A DNA stretch of 64,000 nt from Chrysomallon squamiferum (GCA_012295275.1 CM022671.1:9300001-9364000); one strand, 5' to 3'. Positions 42,782 through 56,409 are shown, counted from the stretch's first letter. Numbers and translations are program-made. The notes: generated by a model not told the origin, from the letters alone.

Positions 42782-44901
42782 AATATTATTTAAAGTGATA
42801 TTCAAAATAATCAGAAAAATATATGTATAAATACTTTGTAATATATATAATTTATTGATTTTCAATTATTTATTTATTGTAATCATTTAGAGGGTCTGTT
42901 TTATTATTATCATTATCTGGTATTTACACAATTATTTAATTTTTTAATTTTTTCAGTTTAATGATTTTCAAATTAAAGGGGTTTTTTTAAGTAGAATTTC
43001 TTCCTTTTATTTTTTTCTTAATTTTATTATTAGAATAATCATAATAAACCTATTTAATCTTGGACACAATTAACATTAAGCTGAGACAGATTACTGATTT
43101 TTAACAGATTAATAATTAAACATCTGAACCAATTAAGAAACTGTAACTAGTAGATATTTCTTTAAAAAATTAGACTGAAGAGATAATCATTAAGGATTTC
43201 TACTAATACTACTACTACTAATAAATGAAATACAACAAAAAGGTCTATTTTTCCTTTTCAATTTTTTCTAGTCGCTATTTAAGGACTTTAAAAAAATAAT
43301 AATTTACTACTATTATTTTTGATACTCTTTTTTTGTTTTTTTTTTGTTGATGATTTGATTTTTCTCAGTTTTAACAAATATTTATTATAATTATTATTAT
43401 TATATATTAAATTAAAAACAGAAGTAAATAAAATCTGCAGTTATAATATAATAAACAAAATAATTCTAACTGGTAGAAAAATTACAAACAGTAACTAAAT
43501 AATAAATAAATATCTTCCATTCAGTATCTGTTAAATATTTAGTGCTCTTTTTCTTTTTCATGTTTTTCTTTTTTTTTTCATTTTTAAAAAAAATCTGAAA
43601 CTGAAAATTAGATATATTCACTGTACCATTTAGTATCACTGACAATGTTAACTACACACTATAAAGTTGTTTCTGGGTCAAATCAATTTCTGTTTGATCT
43701 GCAATCTATCTGAATCACCAGCCACGATCATAACTCATCAATGTTTTGGCAGTTGGAACCAAATGCGGAAGCTGAAAGCTACCAAATATCCAGGAAAATA
43801 ATATTTGTGTAATTACACACACTAAATGCAGCCATTTTATTTCTGAAAAAAAGTTACTGGCTACAATTGAAGAGCAGTCTACAAGATATGCATATATCTG
43901 GGTTTTTTAATATATATTTATAGTGTATGTTTGTAAGACTTGAATTTATAGTATACATTTGTAAGAGATACATATATAAAGTGTGTTATATTTACAATTT
44001 CTATGTAGTAATGAGTACCAAGTTTGTGGGACTTGATTAAGACTATTCTAAACAATATCTGAAGCAGAGGTCATGTAGAGAGATTCACTGATTTGTGTCA
44101 AGTATGTTCTGTTATTACAAAGTTGTGGATATATATATATGTAGATTAACTATCAAGAATTGAGACAATATATATATGTATGTATGTCTCTCTCTCTCTC
44201 TCTCTCTCTCTATTTATATATATATTAACAGATTAACCATTTTATTTATATGCTGTGAAATTACATCTTCATTTTATTATTTCTTAAATCAGTGTGATAC
44301 ACTACTAAAGCTATTTTTATTTTATTTCGTTTAATCTTGTGGTGGGATGGGTATTCTAAAGAAATGAAAACCCCTTTAATGAAAAAAATATGCTTTATTT
44401 AAGTGATATAATCATATATATATATATATATATATATTTTTTTTATTTTAATGATGTCTATGTGTAAGTTAATGTGAACAGGTGCTGACTTTTCTGTTTC
44501 AGTATATACTTGTGTGTATCTCTGTGTGTTATTTACTTTGACAAATAAATGGATGTTTTTATGTATGTTTATGTGCATGTTTTATAAGTAATTGATTTAT
44601 AGTTGATCCAGATGAAATATGTCTTGAATTTTTGGGTGGTTTTTTTCTTCCTCAATTACTATTGGCAAACATATAAACAATTTTACTCCACAGAGTGATA
44701 TATAGTGCCAAAAAAAATATATATATATTAAAAATAATAACAATAATAATAAATTGTAGATACATAGATAGATAGATAGACAGAGAGAGAGACAGAGAGA
44801 TAGAGAGATAGATATAGATATTAATTATTATTTATGAATTTGTTAGTGTTCTATTGTGATAAAAAAAAAATATAACTTGATTACTTACTTCACTTGTCTA
44901 T

Positions 44902-45015
44902 AGATGTCAGTTTTATTCAGCTCAGGTCAACAGGCAAAGGAAGCTCAGCAGAGCCTCGCTGCAATTTACCATTCTAACCTTCAGAGAATAAAGCTGACAT
45001 CTTAAGATACTAACC
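44902..45015. repeat. Dispersed copy of the 56613 element end, forming a local hairpin
   Basis: agctcagcagagcctc and ccattctaacctt are shared exactly with the reverse complement of 56615-56654. Arms 44902-44918 and 44986-45002 are complementary at 16 of 17 positions. Confidence 0.75.
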
Positions 45016-45299
45016 AGCTATTCCCCCCACCCTCCACACAATGTATTATTATTCTCTGCTGTCCTCCCACATATTATTCTGTGTGCATGGTTTTGAATAT
45101 CTCAGTATAATTTCTGAATGCCTTCTACAGTTGGACTTTTCCATATTAAATAATATCAGTGTATCTTTTCAGTGTAAGTCAACTTTATACAGTATTATAT
45201 GTCAATCTGTCACTCTGTATTTCCAATATTAATTTACCTCTATCTATACAAATTCCTATGTGTATGTACACATATCACATTTTTGTGATGTGCTGCTTG

Positions 45300-45410
45300 T
45301 CAAAGATGATGCTGTGGACATTCCCATCTACGGAAAGGATCCCTTGTTATTAACTAAGAAAAATAGCTATCAAATTGGAAGAAACATGATTTCTCTCTTT
45401 CATCATCATT
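45300..45410 (+). mobile_element. Degenerate SINE-like fragment
   Basis: aaaggatcccttgttattaactaagaaaaatagc matches the 29152-29172 motif and continues like 51198. Confidence 0.4.
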
Positions 45411-46430
45411 TGATAAGAAACATGACTAACATCAGATAACTGCTAGTATTAAAATGTTCTGAAATATCATTATTTTTTCTGTCTGTAGAAACATTTAAAA
45501 CAGAATAAAATAACAATAAATAAATAAATAAATAACATTTTTGTTATACAAAACTATTCTTCACTTGAATTTAATAAAATATTTAAATAAAAAAATAAGT
45601 TTTTTTGTTTCAGGATATAACAAATTTTCTATGAACTGTATCATATTTTCTGCAAGTTACAACAAAAATGTTCTTTACATAAATGATTTAATGAAATATT
45701 TATTAACATTGTTTACTGTAATACATAAGATATTTTCTATGTTCTTCATTTTTTAAAATTACTTTTCACTAAAATCATTTTAAAAAAGAAGCAAACAACT
45801 TAGAAATACAAGTAGCTTTGTTTTCTTAGAAAATACTGAGCTATGTTAAGTTTAACAAATTTAAATTTAAATTTAAAATGTGATGTAAGAAGTAAATAAT
45901 TTGTTGTGACAAAGTCAAGTCATTCTGTAAAATTAAAATTGCATTAGTTTAAATGAATCAGACAGTTTTCTCATTGGAAATAAATAATTCAAAAGCAATT
46001 AACTGTACATGTGTTTTTAATGAATGAAAAACTAAGTAAAAAAATCTCATTTTATGTGAATAAGTAATCGTTTTTCTAATAAATGAATTATTATTTTTTT
46101 CAAATGAGTTAATGTTGATTCCTATTACTTTTATTTATTTATTATATTTTCTTCCCTATATGAGAGATTTCTATTATTTTCATTTATTTATAAATTTTTA
46201 TTATTATTTTTATTTTCATCATTATTTGCTTGATGATCAGTGAATGAAAACTATACTAAAAATATTTTTCATAAAATAGTTGTCCAGTGGCCTGCAAGAA
46301 CTCAATCTTCATCAGGAACCACTTTTTTCTCATTTCAAGCTGGAGAAATTTTAAATCATTTACCCAAAGAATAAAATAATATTTTTTCTAATATATGAAT
46401 TATTATTATTTTTGAATTATTTCTGTTTTT

Positions 46431-46475
<45 letters not shown>

Positions 46476-46693
46476 TTTTCTGAACTATCACTAATAACTA
46501 TATCAAAATCAGAATATTTTGAAATATTTTTAAAAGGTTCAGTAAAACATTTCTTTAATGTTCTGTTTCATTTTTTTACAAGATAACATGCAATGCAGAA
46601 ACTCCATTATATTATCTTCATTTTCTTATTTTATTCAGAGAAACCAACACAGCTTTATGTAATATAAATTCCAACAAAACCATAATTATATAA

Positions 46694-46770
46694 ACATACG
46701 TTTCATAAAACTGATGTGCCTGAACAGTCTCTAATTTGAAAATTACCTGGAAAAATGGAATTGGCCTTTT
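46694..46770 (-). other. Second, weaker candidate recursive splice site with a 47-nt cryptic exon at 46700-46746
   Basis: Minus strand reads ttccatttttccag|GTAATT...TATGAAAC|gtatgt. Confidence 0.3.
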
Positions 46771-48352
46771 GATATTTTACTGTCTTTGATCAGAATTAAG
46801 AACTGTATGTCAAATAAATTAGAGGATATAATAATATTTAGCTTATCCAAAAACTAATTTAAAATGGCCAACCTTTTTAAGGTTTAATTTTGTAAAGGTT
46901 GATATTTATTACCAGTTTATCGTGGGTGTTATATCCATAAACTGATTTTAAAAGGCAAAAATTGTATTAATGGTTTCTTGTGGGTTATTTACATGTGAAG
47001 TAAATTTAAAATGAAAATTTTATTATATTTTATGGGTACATTACTGAATAACTAATTTCAAAAGGTTATATGCATTCTATACACTTATTTTAAAAGAAAG
47101 AGTTTATAAATACTCTTTTGTAGGATTTACCAATGAAGTAATTTAAAAAGAAAATTCTACAAACAAATTTTTGATCGGGTGTATTATTCAAAAAAAAAAA
47201 AAAAAATGTTGAGGTTATATGGGAATATTTTTCATAAGTTTAAAAGGTAGACTTTAAATTAAATCTGAAAAGTTGTGTTATTAACAGTTTATTGCTAGAG
47301 CACTTCTATCAATTTCAAAACATATTTTATTTTCAATTTATGCTGATATTTTTTCAATAATGAAAATTTTAAAGTTATCTTAATGACAATTTATATGGAT
47401 GCATTTCTTCTGACCCCCAATGTAAAAATTTATTCTAGATGTTTTATGTACAAGCCAGCTTTACTTACATTTTATTACAGTAATTTTTTTTTATTTTATA
47501 TCTTTTAAATTCCATTATCCCTAAAAGATCTGCTGAGTATAGAAGAAAAGAGAAAGAGCTGAAATTTCTTTTTCAGTGACTGATACAAATGAAGGAAGCC
47601 AAAACAGGTGAAAATATCAGTAAATGAGGAATCCCCAAGGATGCCAATTTAAACACTATCACAGTCCGACCATAAAATTTACCACCCAATTTCATGATTA
47701 CAATGCCAAAACTGATATAGCAGATATGCCAAGGTGTGGAATAAAGGAGGCAAGTGCTCTTGAGGTAATTGTGATTTTCTGTTTGTTTTTTGTCTGTTCA
47801 GTTAAAAAAAGCATTAACAATATGCTGAGGTAATTTGTTTCTGTATGAATAAACAGTTATAGTTTTAATCAGTATTTGTTTATTTGTTTATCTGTCTTGT
47901 TGAAAGAATAAATCTGGACTGGCTTATTAATAAACAAATAGTAAACTACTTATATATAGAATTTGTTTATTTATTTACTTCTTTATTTTCTGAATAACTC
48001 TGGTTTGGTTTCTGCATAAATAAACAGTTAACGGTTTTACTACAGTATTTATTGTATTTTGATTGTAACAGCTAATGCACTGTTTATTTGTATTACTGCC
48101 TGATTTGTTAAAAGATACAAATATTAGGTTTTGTTGCATGGTTTGAGAAATAAAAATCAAAGTATATTTGTACAACAGAGTAAGTATGCATGTATCATAT
48201 ACATCAATGGAACAGATAAATAAATGGCTAAATGACTCATTTTATCTAACAATAACTAGAAACAGTAACATGATATGTCTAGATTAATTTCTATATTTTC
48301 CAGAAATTATAGCCTTTTCAGACAGAACTATTTTTAATTTGATAAATTATAT

Positions 48353-48356
<4 letters not shown>

Positions 48357-48405
<49 letters not shown>
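48357..48405. repeat. (CA)n microsatellite
   Basis: Read directly from the sequence. Confidence 0.98.
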
Positions 48406-48407
<2 letters not shown>

Positions 48408-51139
48408 CTTTTCTACATGTTTCTATTTGTTATCAGTCAGGATATTTGATCCATTTCAAATTAAATATTATCATATAGAAAGACATTTATACATATTTAA
48501 CTGAGAAATATTTCTATCAAAATTTATTATATTCTACATATATTCACAATATGTTTAAAAAGAACTCTAAAATCGGACTATATTACAAATGGGCAACTTC
48601 AATCTCTGTTCTAAATTTTGTTCTCTTACCACTCATCACAGTGTATTAAAATAAATCGTCACCAGTTTATGTTGTAAGGGTATATCAGTATTTTATAAAT
48701 AACATTTTATCTGCTTCATCACTCCCTGCTGACTTGTAAAACAAGATCACCTTTCATCACACAAACAAGTCCAATTGTAACTATAGGGAACTGTCTCTGT
48801 TTGTGCTCTTAACTTTATTGCCATAAACTGGATTGTAAAATTTTATACATAAATATACTGATGGATCATGCAGCTGAGCATTTAGTAATCTGCTGGGATC
48901 TCTGATTATTAGCCTCAGTTATCTTTGAGCAGTGGTTTAGGACCACTTGGAAAACATATAAAACTACACAGGTGTACGACTGATGACTTTCTAGACAGAC
49001 AACATAGTACTGGCTGTTAAATCCATTTTTTAAAATCCCAAAGACACTTAAAATTATTCATTTGGAAGGATTATAAGCAAATCAAATTTTAACAGCTTTG
49101 TGTTTTGCCAAGATATGTTTCTACTCTCTTGAGTTACATTAAGTAAATATAATCATTATCTTTGAAATAGGATTGAAAAGGAATAAATGAGTAGGTGAAT
49201 ATATAGATTGATGAACAGATGAATCAACAGATCAATTGATAAATGGATGGATGGATGGAAGGATGGATGGATGTAAGGACAGAAGAACTGATGAACAGAT
49301 GTCAACATAAAAGGTGAACAGTGATGTCTGGAAGAATGGATGGATGATATGTCACAGTAAATGTAATTTTTCCACAACTCCCTGGTCAGCCATAATTGAT
49401 CAAAGCTGTTTTTATATATGATCATTCCCTGGACAGTAATAGCTGTTTGTACACTGCCATGCTATGTTACAAGAATGCCAGAATGGGAGAACAGATTTAA
49501 CCTGCAATGCCTGTACTGAGGATTCCCATCAGCAAAGAGCTAATGTCTCATCTGTCAGCATTACTTTACATCCCACTGGAGACACTGATCTAGTTTTCTG
49601 CCAAAAGACATACTTTTCACTGTGTCTTTGACCAACAAGCACTAAGATTTCTTAAAAATGGAAGTCAAATCAAGGCAGGATGTAGACAATTTTAGAGCCA
49701 AGTACTCTGAACTGGTACATTAAGAAGATTGTCTTGTAAACTCTGGGAGTCTGAAGAAAGACATTCTGGAGAATAAGCTATAGGAAAAGTCCTTCCAAGA
49801 CAATATGATAATCTATGATACAATTAATTAACTGGCACAGTGGTATCTTGATTCACCTTATATACTTAAACAAAAGCTTCACTGAAAATGAAAGATATTA
49901 AAAACTGAGGAAACTGCTTAATCTGAATACAATCAAAGTAACATTTTACTTGGTTTATTGTGTTTGTTACTATACGAAATAATTTATATTATATGACTGG
50001 ATCATAAAAATGTATGTAGTTTGTTTGTTCTTTAATTGATGATTTCTAATGTATGGTTACAGTATCCCACTTTATGTGACTGTACTTTGTGACATAAACT
50101 AATGCTTTTAAAACCATTTCCAAACCATTTGAAATCAAGTCTTACAATTCATCTGCAACTATTATTCATCATGTTTTGGGGAATTTTCATCTGATGTTTC
50201 ATTCACCCCAAAATATTTTCATTCACATTTGGGGGAAACATTCACCATTTGCCAGAAGTATTGACTTAAACTACATGATCAGCCTAGCACACCACTAAAG
50301 ATGACAAAAATTTGTATTACTGTACTTGATGATCAGACCACAGTATAACCAGAAATAGAAATAATTTGTATGCTAGTCTATTATAAACAAATTCTGAAGA
50401 GATCTTAACCTAAGTATACCAGCAGTAAATTTACTTCTTCATACAAGTTTTTCACACTTGTACATGACAAACAAGGAGACTTAACTTTCTGCTGTTGTCT
50501 TTTGGTCCTAGCAAATAAAACATCTTGAGCAGGTGGCATGGGGTTTACAGTTGCTTAATTGATGCCAAAATAACATTTTTCTTTTCAGTTATAGATCTCT
50601 TAACTTGTAATATATTACCATCCTAGTTTTCATTATCTGCTGATTTGCCTTAATTCCTTCTTTTTTTTTTTCTTTTCTACAATTTATTATTATTGCTATT
50701 ATTTTTATTATTATTATAATTATTATTATTTTTTAAATTTATTATTATTATTATTATTATTTATTATTATTATTTTTTTATATGGGAATAGCTGAAACTC
50801 AGACATTTAAGAATGAAGATAAAAATAATTCATGTCATTATAATGGCACCTATTCACTCAGTGTAACTGGCTTTAAGGGTTTACATGCAATACTGAAATA
50901 GCCAGAAGTGTAAAGAGGAAAAAAAATCAGTTTCTATGTATTCACTTTAAATTACTGGTATTTCAGTCTATATTATTCATGTTTCAATTCAATTACATGA
51001 TAATTCAATTCATATATATTTTTTTTTATTCAGATAACTCATTCACATGATTAATATTTAAGTTCACATCATTATGGTTCAGTTCATATAATTGTATTTC
51101 TTTAATTCATATTAACATTTTTGACATTTTAGTGACATT

Positions 51140-51310
51140 TCTTTTGTCAGCCAAAATCTTGTATTATTCTGATGGAACACATAAAATTTAGTTTTGTGCT
51201 AATCAGAAAGAGTAGCCCATGAATTTTTCACTGAAATTTTTTACTTTGGTTAGGATGTTCCAATATGATTAATATATGAGTGTGTTATTAAAACAATTCC
51301 TATCCTTTGA
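51140..51310 (+). mobile_element. Degenerate SINE-like fragment (3' part, same putative family)
   Basis: gctaatcagaaagagtagcccatgaa ... atgagtgtgttattaaaacaattcctatcc; resembles, from memory, an abundant gastropod SINE. Not verified by search. Confidence 0.4.
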
Positions 51311-52613
51311 CATTTTAGTTCAATAATAAATGTTCAGTGTACTGGGTAGACTATAAAGACCAAATCTTTCAAATTATTTTATTAATATTTCAATCCACAA
51401 TTATTTTCTGATATAATTAATGTTATTGATTTCAGTGTGTATGTTCAAGCTTTTGGTGATTCAGCTGAAATTAGTGGGTTGCCATTATGCGAATTATCCA
51501 AGCCATAAATAAGAATCAAAAATCAACATAGTAACTAATATTCCCTTGGGTGATATTATCCAAGAATCCACAATTAACCATGTTTAATGATCAAATGTTT
51601 TGTCTGATTAAATAAACAAGTGGTTACCTGGAGAGTTCCTTAAGTAATCATCATTTTCACAATAAATTCCCTAGGTGAGAAATTCATGAATCTGTGACAT
51701 TTTTTTAATGGTATCCTAAGATTTTAGAAATGCAGGTTAGAAAGATGATGTTAATGTAGGCTTTTAAAAAAAACATTTTAATGAGTTTCTATATAAAAAT
51801 GTGTGTGGGTTTTTTCATGTAAATTTGTGTGTGTATGTATGTGTATGAATATGTTCATGTGTATATTTATGTGTGTTACCATATCATGGCAAAATGATGC
51901 AAATTGTATTTTTCTGACAATGTCACTTATATGTTCTGTAGTCTTGAAGAATTATATTACATGTTCAGTCATAGACACAGAGTGAGATCCCTGTTCCAAA
52001 CTGGGTTGATGTGAGTGACATAAACCAGCAAGTTACAGATAATCAGTGATAAGCAGCCAACAAAGCTTCAGTATTTTGCTTGTTTTCTTGAAAAACTTGG
52101 ACATTTTCTTTTAGAAAAAGTGACTAGCTACCCTTTACAATGACTAGCCAGCATGTGTTTGTATGTGTATGTATAACTGCATGGGTAATTTTATGTTTAT
52201 GTTTGCATGTGTCTGTTAGTATATTTATAATTTATAAATATGTATTTTAAAAAAAAAAGGATTATTGCTAAAATATTATACAAACTATTAGACATTTCAC
52301 AACATAAACATCATGTTTTGAGTGGTAGCCAATATTTTTATGACTTGAGTCAGTCTGTGCCCAGATCATCATTATCAGCTTCTACGGTCATCATCAACAT
52401 TTGTATATTCAGCTTCATTTCACACAAATGTATATAACACCTAATAACTGATACTTTCTTCACACAATAATAATTAATTAATTAATTTAAAGATGTATTT
52501 TATTATTTTGATTTTTACTATCATTATTTTTTTAAATCTAAAAAACCAAATATATGAGTGCAATCTGTTTTAATTTTGGGATAATTAGTTTAACATTTAC
52601 CCTTTTCAGACAC

Positions 52614-52617
<4 letters not shown>

Positions 52618-52668
<51 letters not shown>
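52618..52668. repeat. (AG)n microsatellite
   Basis: Read directly from the sequence. Confidence 0.98.
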
Positions 52669-52672
<4 letters not shown>

Positions 52673-53716
52673 AATCTTTTAAATAAAAATCTTTCTTTCC
52701 CAAGTCAAGCAATTTATTTTAAGACTGTTGCATTGAACTAAACTCAACATCAACAGCCTTTAACTGCTAAGCTAATTAAAGTTAACCATTTATTAACTTC
52801 ATTTCCCCATCTACTGAAGATCACAAATTTTTATTATCAACACTATAAAACAGCAGTAAAAACCAAGGAAAATGCTACATGAACTTAGGAATCAATATAA
52901 ACTGATATTTTAAAAAAAGAAAAAAAACAACATAACAACAACAGCATAAAAATATATACTTGAAAATATATAAAAATGCTGATTTTGATTAAAATGCCAT
53001 AATAGATGTAAATTATTTTCAAATGTCCTTACTGATGATATGCTGTTGTAATGCTATTTTGATAAGCTATAAAAACTGTGTTAATGGGTAAAAAATAATA
53101 ATTTAAGTAGGAGAACAAGCCAATGAATAAGAACATTAAACTGTAAAGAAATAGTATTAACCCTTAAAATTAATGTCTTTTCAAAAGTTTTCAAATATTT
53201 AGGCTCTGTCCTGCTAAACAATTTAGTTAGTAAATAAACATAAAAATATATGTTATCAGTTTTTGTTTGTTTTGTAAGCACCAGTTATAATTTTATATTC
53301 TAATAGTAACTAAATATCAGTGACTATAATAAATATAACAAGTATTAGCCTTTGATAATAATGTTTAACTATTATCATGGTAGATGATTAGCATGCATAG
53401 ATTAAAATTTGAAATTTAAAAACAAAAACAAAAGCAAAACAATTGAATTGTGTTCATTTCACCTTAAAAATCTTATATATGCTCCCAAAATAAACAAATA
53501 ATAATAACAACAACAACAAAAGCCCTTCAAACAACATTTGTTTTTTTCAACTTAAGAACATATCAGTAATTAATGATGTTCCAAAGTAAGGTTTTCCATA
53601 TCAAATAACAATAAGCTAAAATTGTGTTAAGTGTATCGTTAAGTAAAATATTTCCCACTAATAACTGCTACTAATAATAAAAATAATAAAACAACAACAG
53701 TAATAATATAACTTAC

Positions 53717-53818
53717 CTCTAATAAATGTGCAGTCACTGGTTTCCATAGTACCTCAACTCTTGACAAATTCACTAATCCAGTTTCTAGCAATTTGGCCAC
53801 AGCAAACAGTGATGGTTC
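53717..53818 (-). CDS. MON2: MON2 internal exon (last found): [34 protein letters not shown]
   Basis: Acceptor tgtttttaaag, donor GAG|gtaagt; 102 nt, phase 0/0; [17 protein letters not shown] is a conserved MON2 motif. Confidence 0.96.
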
Positions 53819-54057
53819 CTTTAAAAACAAATAATAAAATATAAAATATTTTTAAAATGTCTATATTTAAAATTTGAAACAGATATTTTAAAGTTTATTT
53901 TTCCTTGAGTTTATTTATTATTTTGTTTTATTTTATTCTATTTTCTCTGTTGCTTTGTTATTAAATTATATCTGTTTTCTAATCTTTATATTTTTTCTTT
54001 TCATCAAAGATTATCTCCAAAGTTAGAAATGTATTAAAAATCTGCATATTGAGATAT

Positions 54058-54185
54058 AGTAACTGAAAATATAAATTTGCTTTATTTAAAATCTTTATGT
54101 TATATTTGGCTGCATATATTTGATGGTGTATATATGGTAACTGAAAATGTAAATTTGATTTATTTATATTATATTTGGCTGCTAA
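54058..54185. repeat. Short tandem duplication (about 78 bp period)
   Basis: gtaactgaaaat(a/g)taaatttg.tttattta...ttatatttggctgc occurs twice. Confidence 0.8.
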
Positions 54186-54599
54186 TATTATGTCTGTTGT
54201 GTTGTGTCGTGCTGTTGTATACATGTATGTCTAAGATTGTATTTATGTACAGTTATAAGTAAATGTGTATGTAGTTTAAATAAAATTAAGTTTAAAAATG
54301 AATAAAGTCAGCTCCAAAATTATTTGACAAATATCTAAAACACAGTGCAATTACACATCTCTGAAAATAAGATTTGGTATTTTATTTCATCAGTATGAAA
54401 ATGGATCAATTTAAAAAAAAAAAAAAAAAAATGTATTCTTAAATATATATTGGAAAATATCAATTTTAATACCCAATTAGTTGCAGAATTTTGTATTTAT
54501 AACTGAAGTGAAACTTAAGGCAAAAAAGAATATCCATTCTTAAGCCATAATATTCAGTCCATCAGATTTTATCATGTAACAACTCAGAGTCAGAATACT

Positions 54600-54950
54600 A
54601 ATTAGTACACATATTGTATAGGAAATTAAACCTCATAATAGAGGATGCCTGAAAATAGATTAATTTTTGGACAAAGTAGTTTACAGACTATAAAAAAATT
54701 AAAACCTCACAATAAAGGATACTTGAAAAACAAGGAAAATTATTAAACTGTGTAGTATACAGAATGCATTGGTATTAAAATCTTACTATAAAGGACGTCC
54801 AAAAAAAAGATGAATTACTGGACTAAGTAGTTTACAGACTGTGCAGAAATTAAAACCTCACTATAAAGGACACTCGAGGAACAAGGATAATTAATAGACT
54901 GAGTAGTATACAAAAGGTGTTGGAATTAAAACCTCACTACAAATGACAAC
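54600..54950. repeat. Tandem repeat of about 75 bp with alternating A/B monomers
   Basis: attaaaacctcac(t/a)ataaagga-like starts near 54625, 54698, 54774, 54849 and 54925. Confidence 0.85.
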
Positions 54951-56034
54951 CAAGGATAGTAACAGAAATACGATCCTCAGAGTCTTGTGAAGTCAGAGGT
55001 TGTGCTCATGGGAGGCATCCTTGACAACTTTATATGCTTGAAATAAATCAATGACTAATGATTAAAAACTCAAAAACTCATTCAAAATGTAATATGTATC
55101 AAAATTTGAATACAATTTCATATATTTTTAGAACTTCATTACAAGTGTATTGGGATTACATCCTATTTTATCTAGCATATATATATATATATATATATGT
55201 AATCTCTTTTTATAATCTGGAACACATGAATAAAAGAAAGCAGTACATTTTAAATGTTGAAAAATCCTCTAGATAGCAATTTTAAAATGAAATGTGAAAC
55301 GATTTTAGCAAAAATTACATGGAATAAAAATTATAATGGTGTTTTGTTAATGACTTTTAAAACCAAATACATGGAACTGCTATTACTATATTTGAATTTT
55401 TGGTCTAAAGCATATTATATTTCATATTTTACTTTAAATTCTATAAGAAGAAAGAGCAAAAAAAAAAAAAAATAATAATAAGAAAGAGTAAAATTAAAAT
55501 GATTTCATTGCATAAGTGTTTTACTTCTGACCCTGCACACAAAAAATTTGAAAAAAAACCTAGCATCATGAAACAAATGATACTGACATTGCAAAGTGCC
55601 AAAAATGCCTCAATGTCAAAAAGTAAATTCACTTTGTTGTTATTTTGCAATAAAATTCTTTTAGTATGGTCTCCAGGGACCAGTTTGTACAGGATTCTAT
55701 CTGCTTATAGAAATGACACCAACCGAATTCACTGAACTACAAATCGTAATCTTCTAAGTTCATTTTGACCCACACAAACTTGCACCACTCCAGGGACTGC
55801 ATAAAAATTGCAAATTTCCTGTTTAATTAGCCTTATATCTGTTGCTTCTTTTTCACTGCTAAATCTTGTCACCAGTTTCAACTGATCACATATTGTCCAA
55901 TATTCCTCCGGCAATAATCATGTTGTAATGTTAAGCCCACAGAATAATCAATAGACAAGTACATAATAAAAGAATAATGGGTTGGTGAGAGAAAATGTAT
56001 GACAAAACTATGGTTTTGCATATATGTCTATCTG

Positions 56035-56102
56035 TTGTGTGTATATTTGTGTGTGTGTGTGTGTGTAGTTGTCTATATGTACATGCAAGATAGAATGGAT
56101 CT

Positions 56103-56138
<36 letters not shown>

Positions 56139-56409
56139 TTGTCTATATGCACATGCAAGACAGAATGGATCTCTCTGTGTGTATGTGTGTGTGTGTGTGT
56201 AGTTGTCTATATGCACATGCAAGACAGAATGGATCTCTGTGTGTATGTGTGTGTGTGTGTGTTTATGTGTGTCTATATGTGTGTGTGAATTGTCTGTGTG
56301 TGTGTGTGTGTGTGTGTGTTTGTGTGTGTGTTGTGTGGTTGTCTATATGCACATGCAAGACAGAATGGATCTCTGTGTGTGTGTGTGTGTGTGTGTATGT
56401 GTGTTTGTG

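Larger units (their letters stand above)
1..53716 (-). other. MON2: Probable giant MON2 intron (>53.7 kb, runs past the window start)
   Basis: Strong donor at 53716. No downstream MON2 exon recognised by eye or in the ORF track. The other introns here are about 0.3-6.5 kb. A short missed exon cannot be excluded. Confidence 0.7.

Noticed and set aside
53033-53066. 34-nt segment between tttttatag| and |gtaagg reading LIKIALQQHII, as the next MON2 exon
   Set aside because: It lacks the expected intervening VCQHP..REWG sequence and would break the frame; likely chance.
1-53716. Intronic conserved miRNAs, tRNAs or snoRNAs
   Set aside because: A by-eye check for common bilaterian miRNAs (let-7, miR-100, -125, -8, -29, -2, bantam and others) gave only short partial matches, and no tRNA cloverleaf was seen. 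An Infernal/Rfam scan is needed to exclude them.
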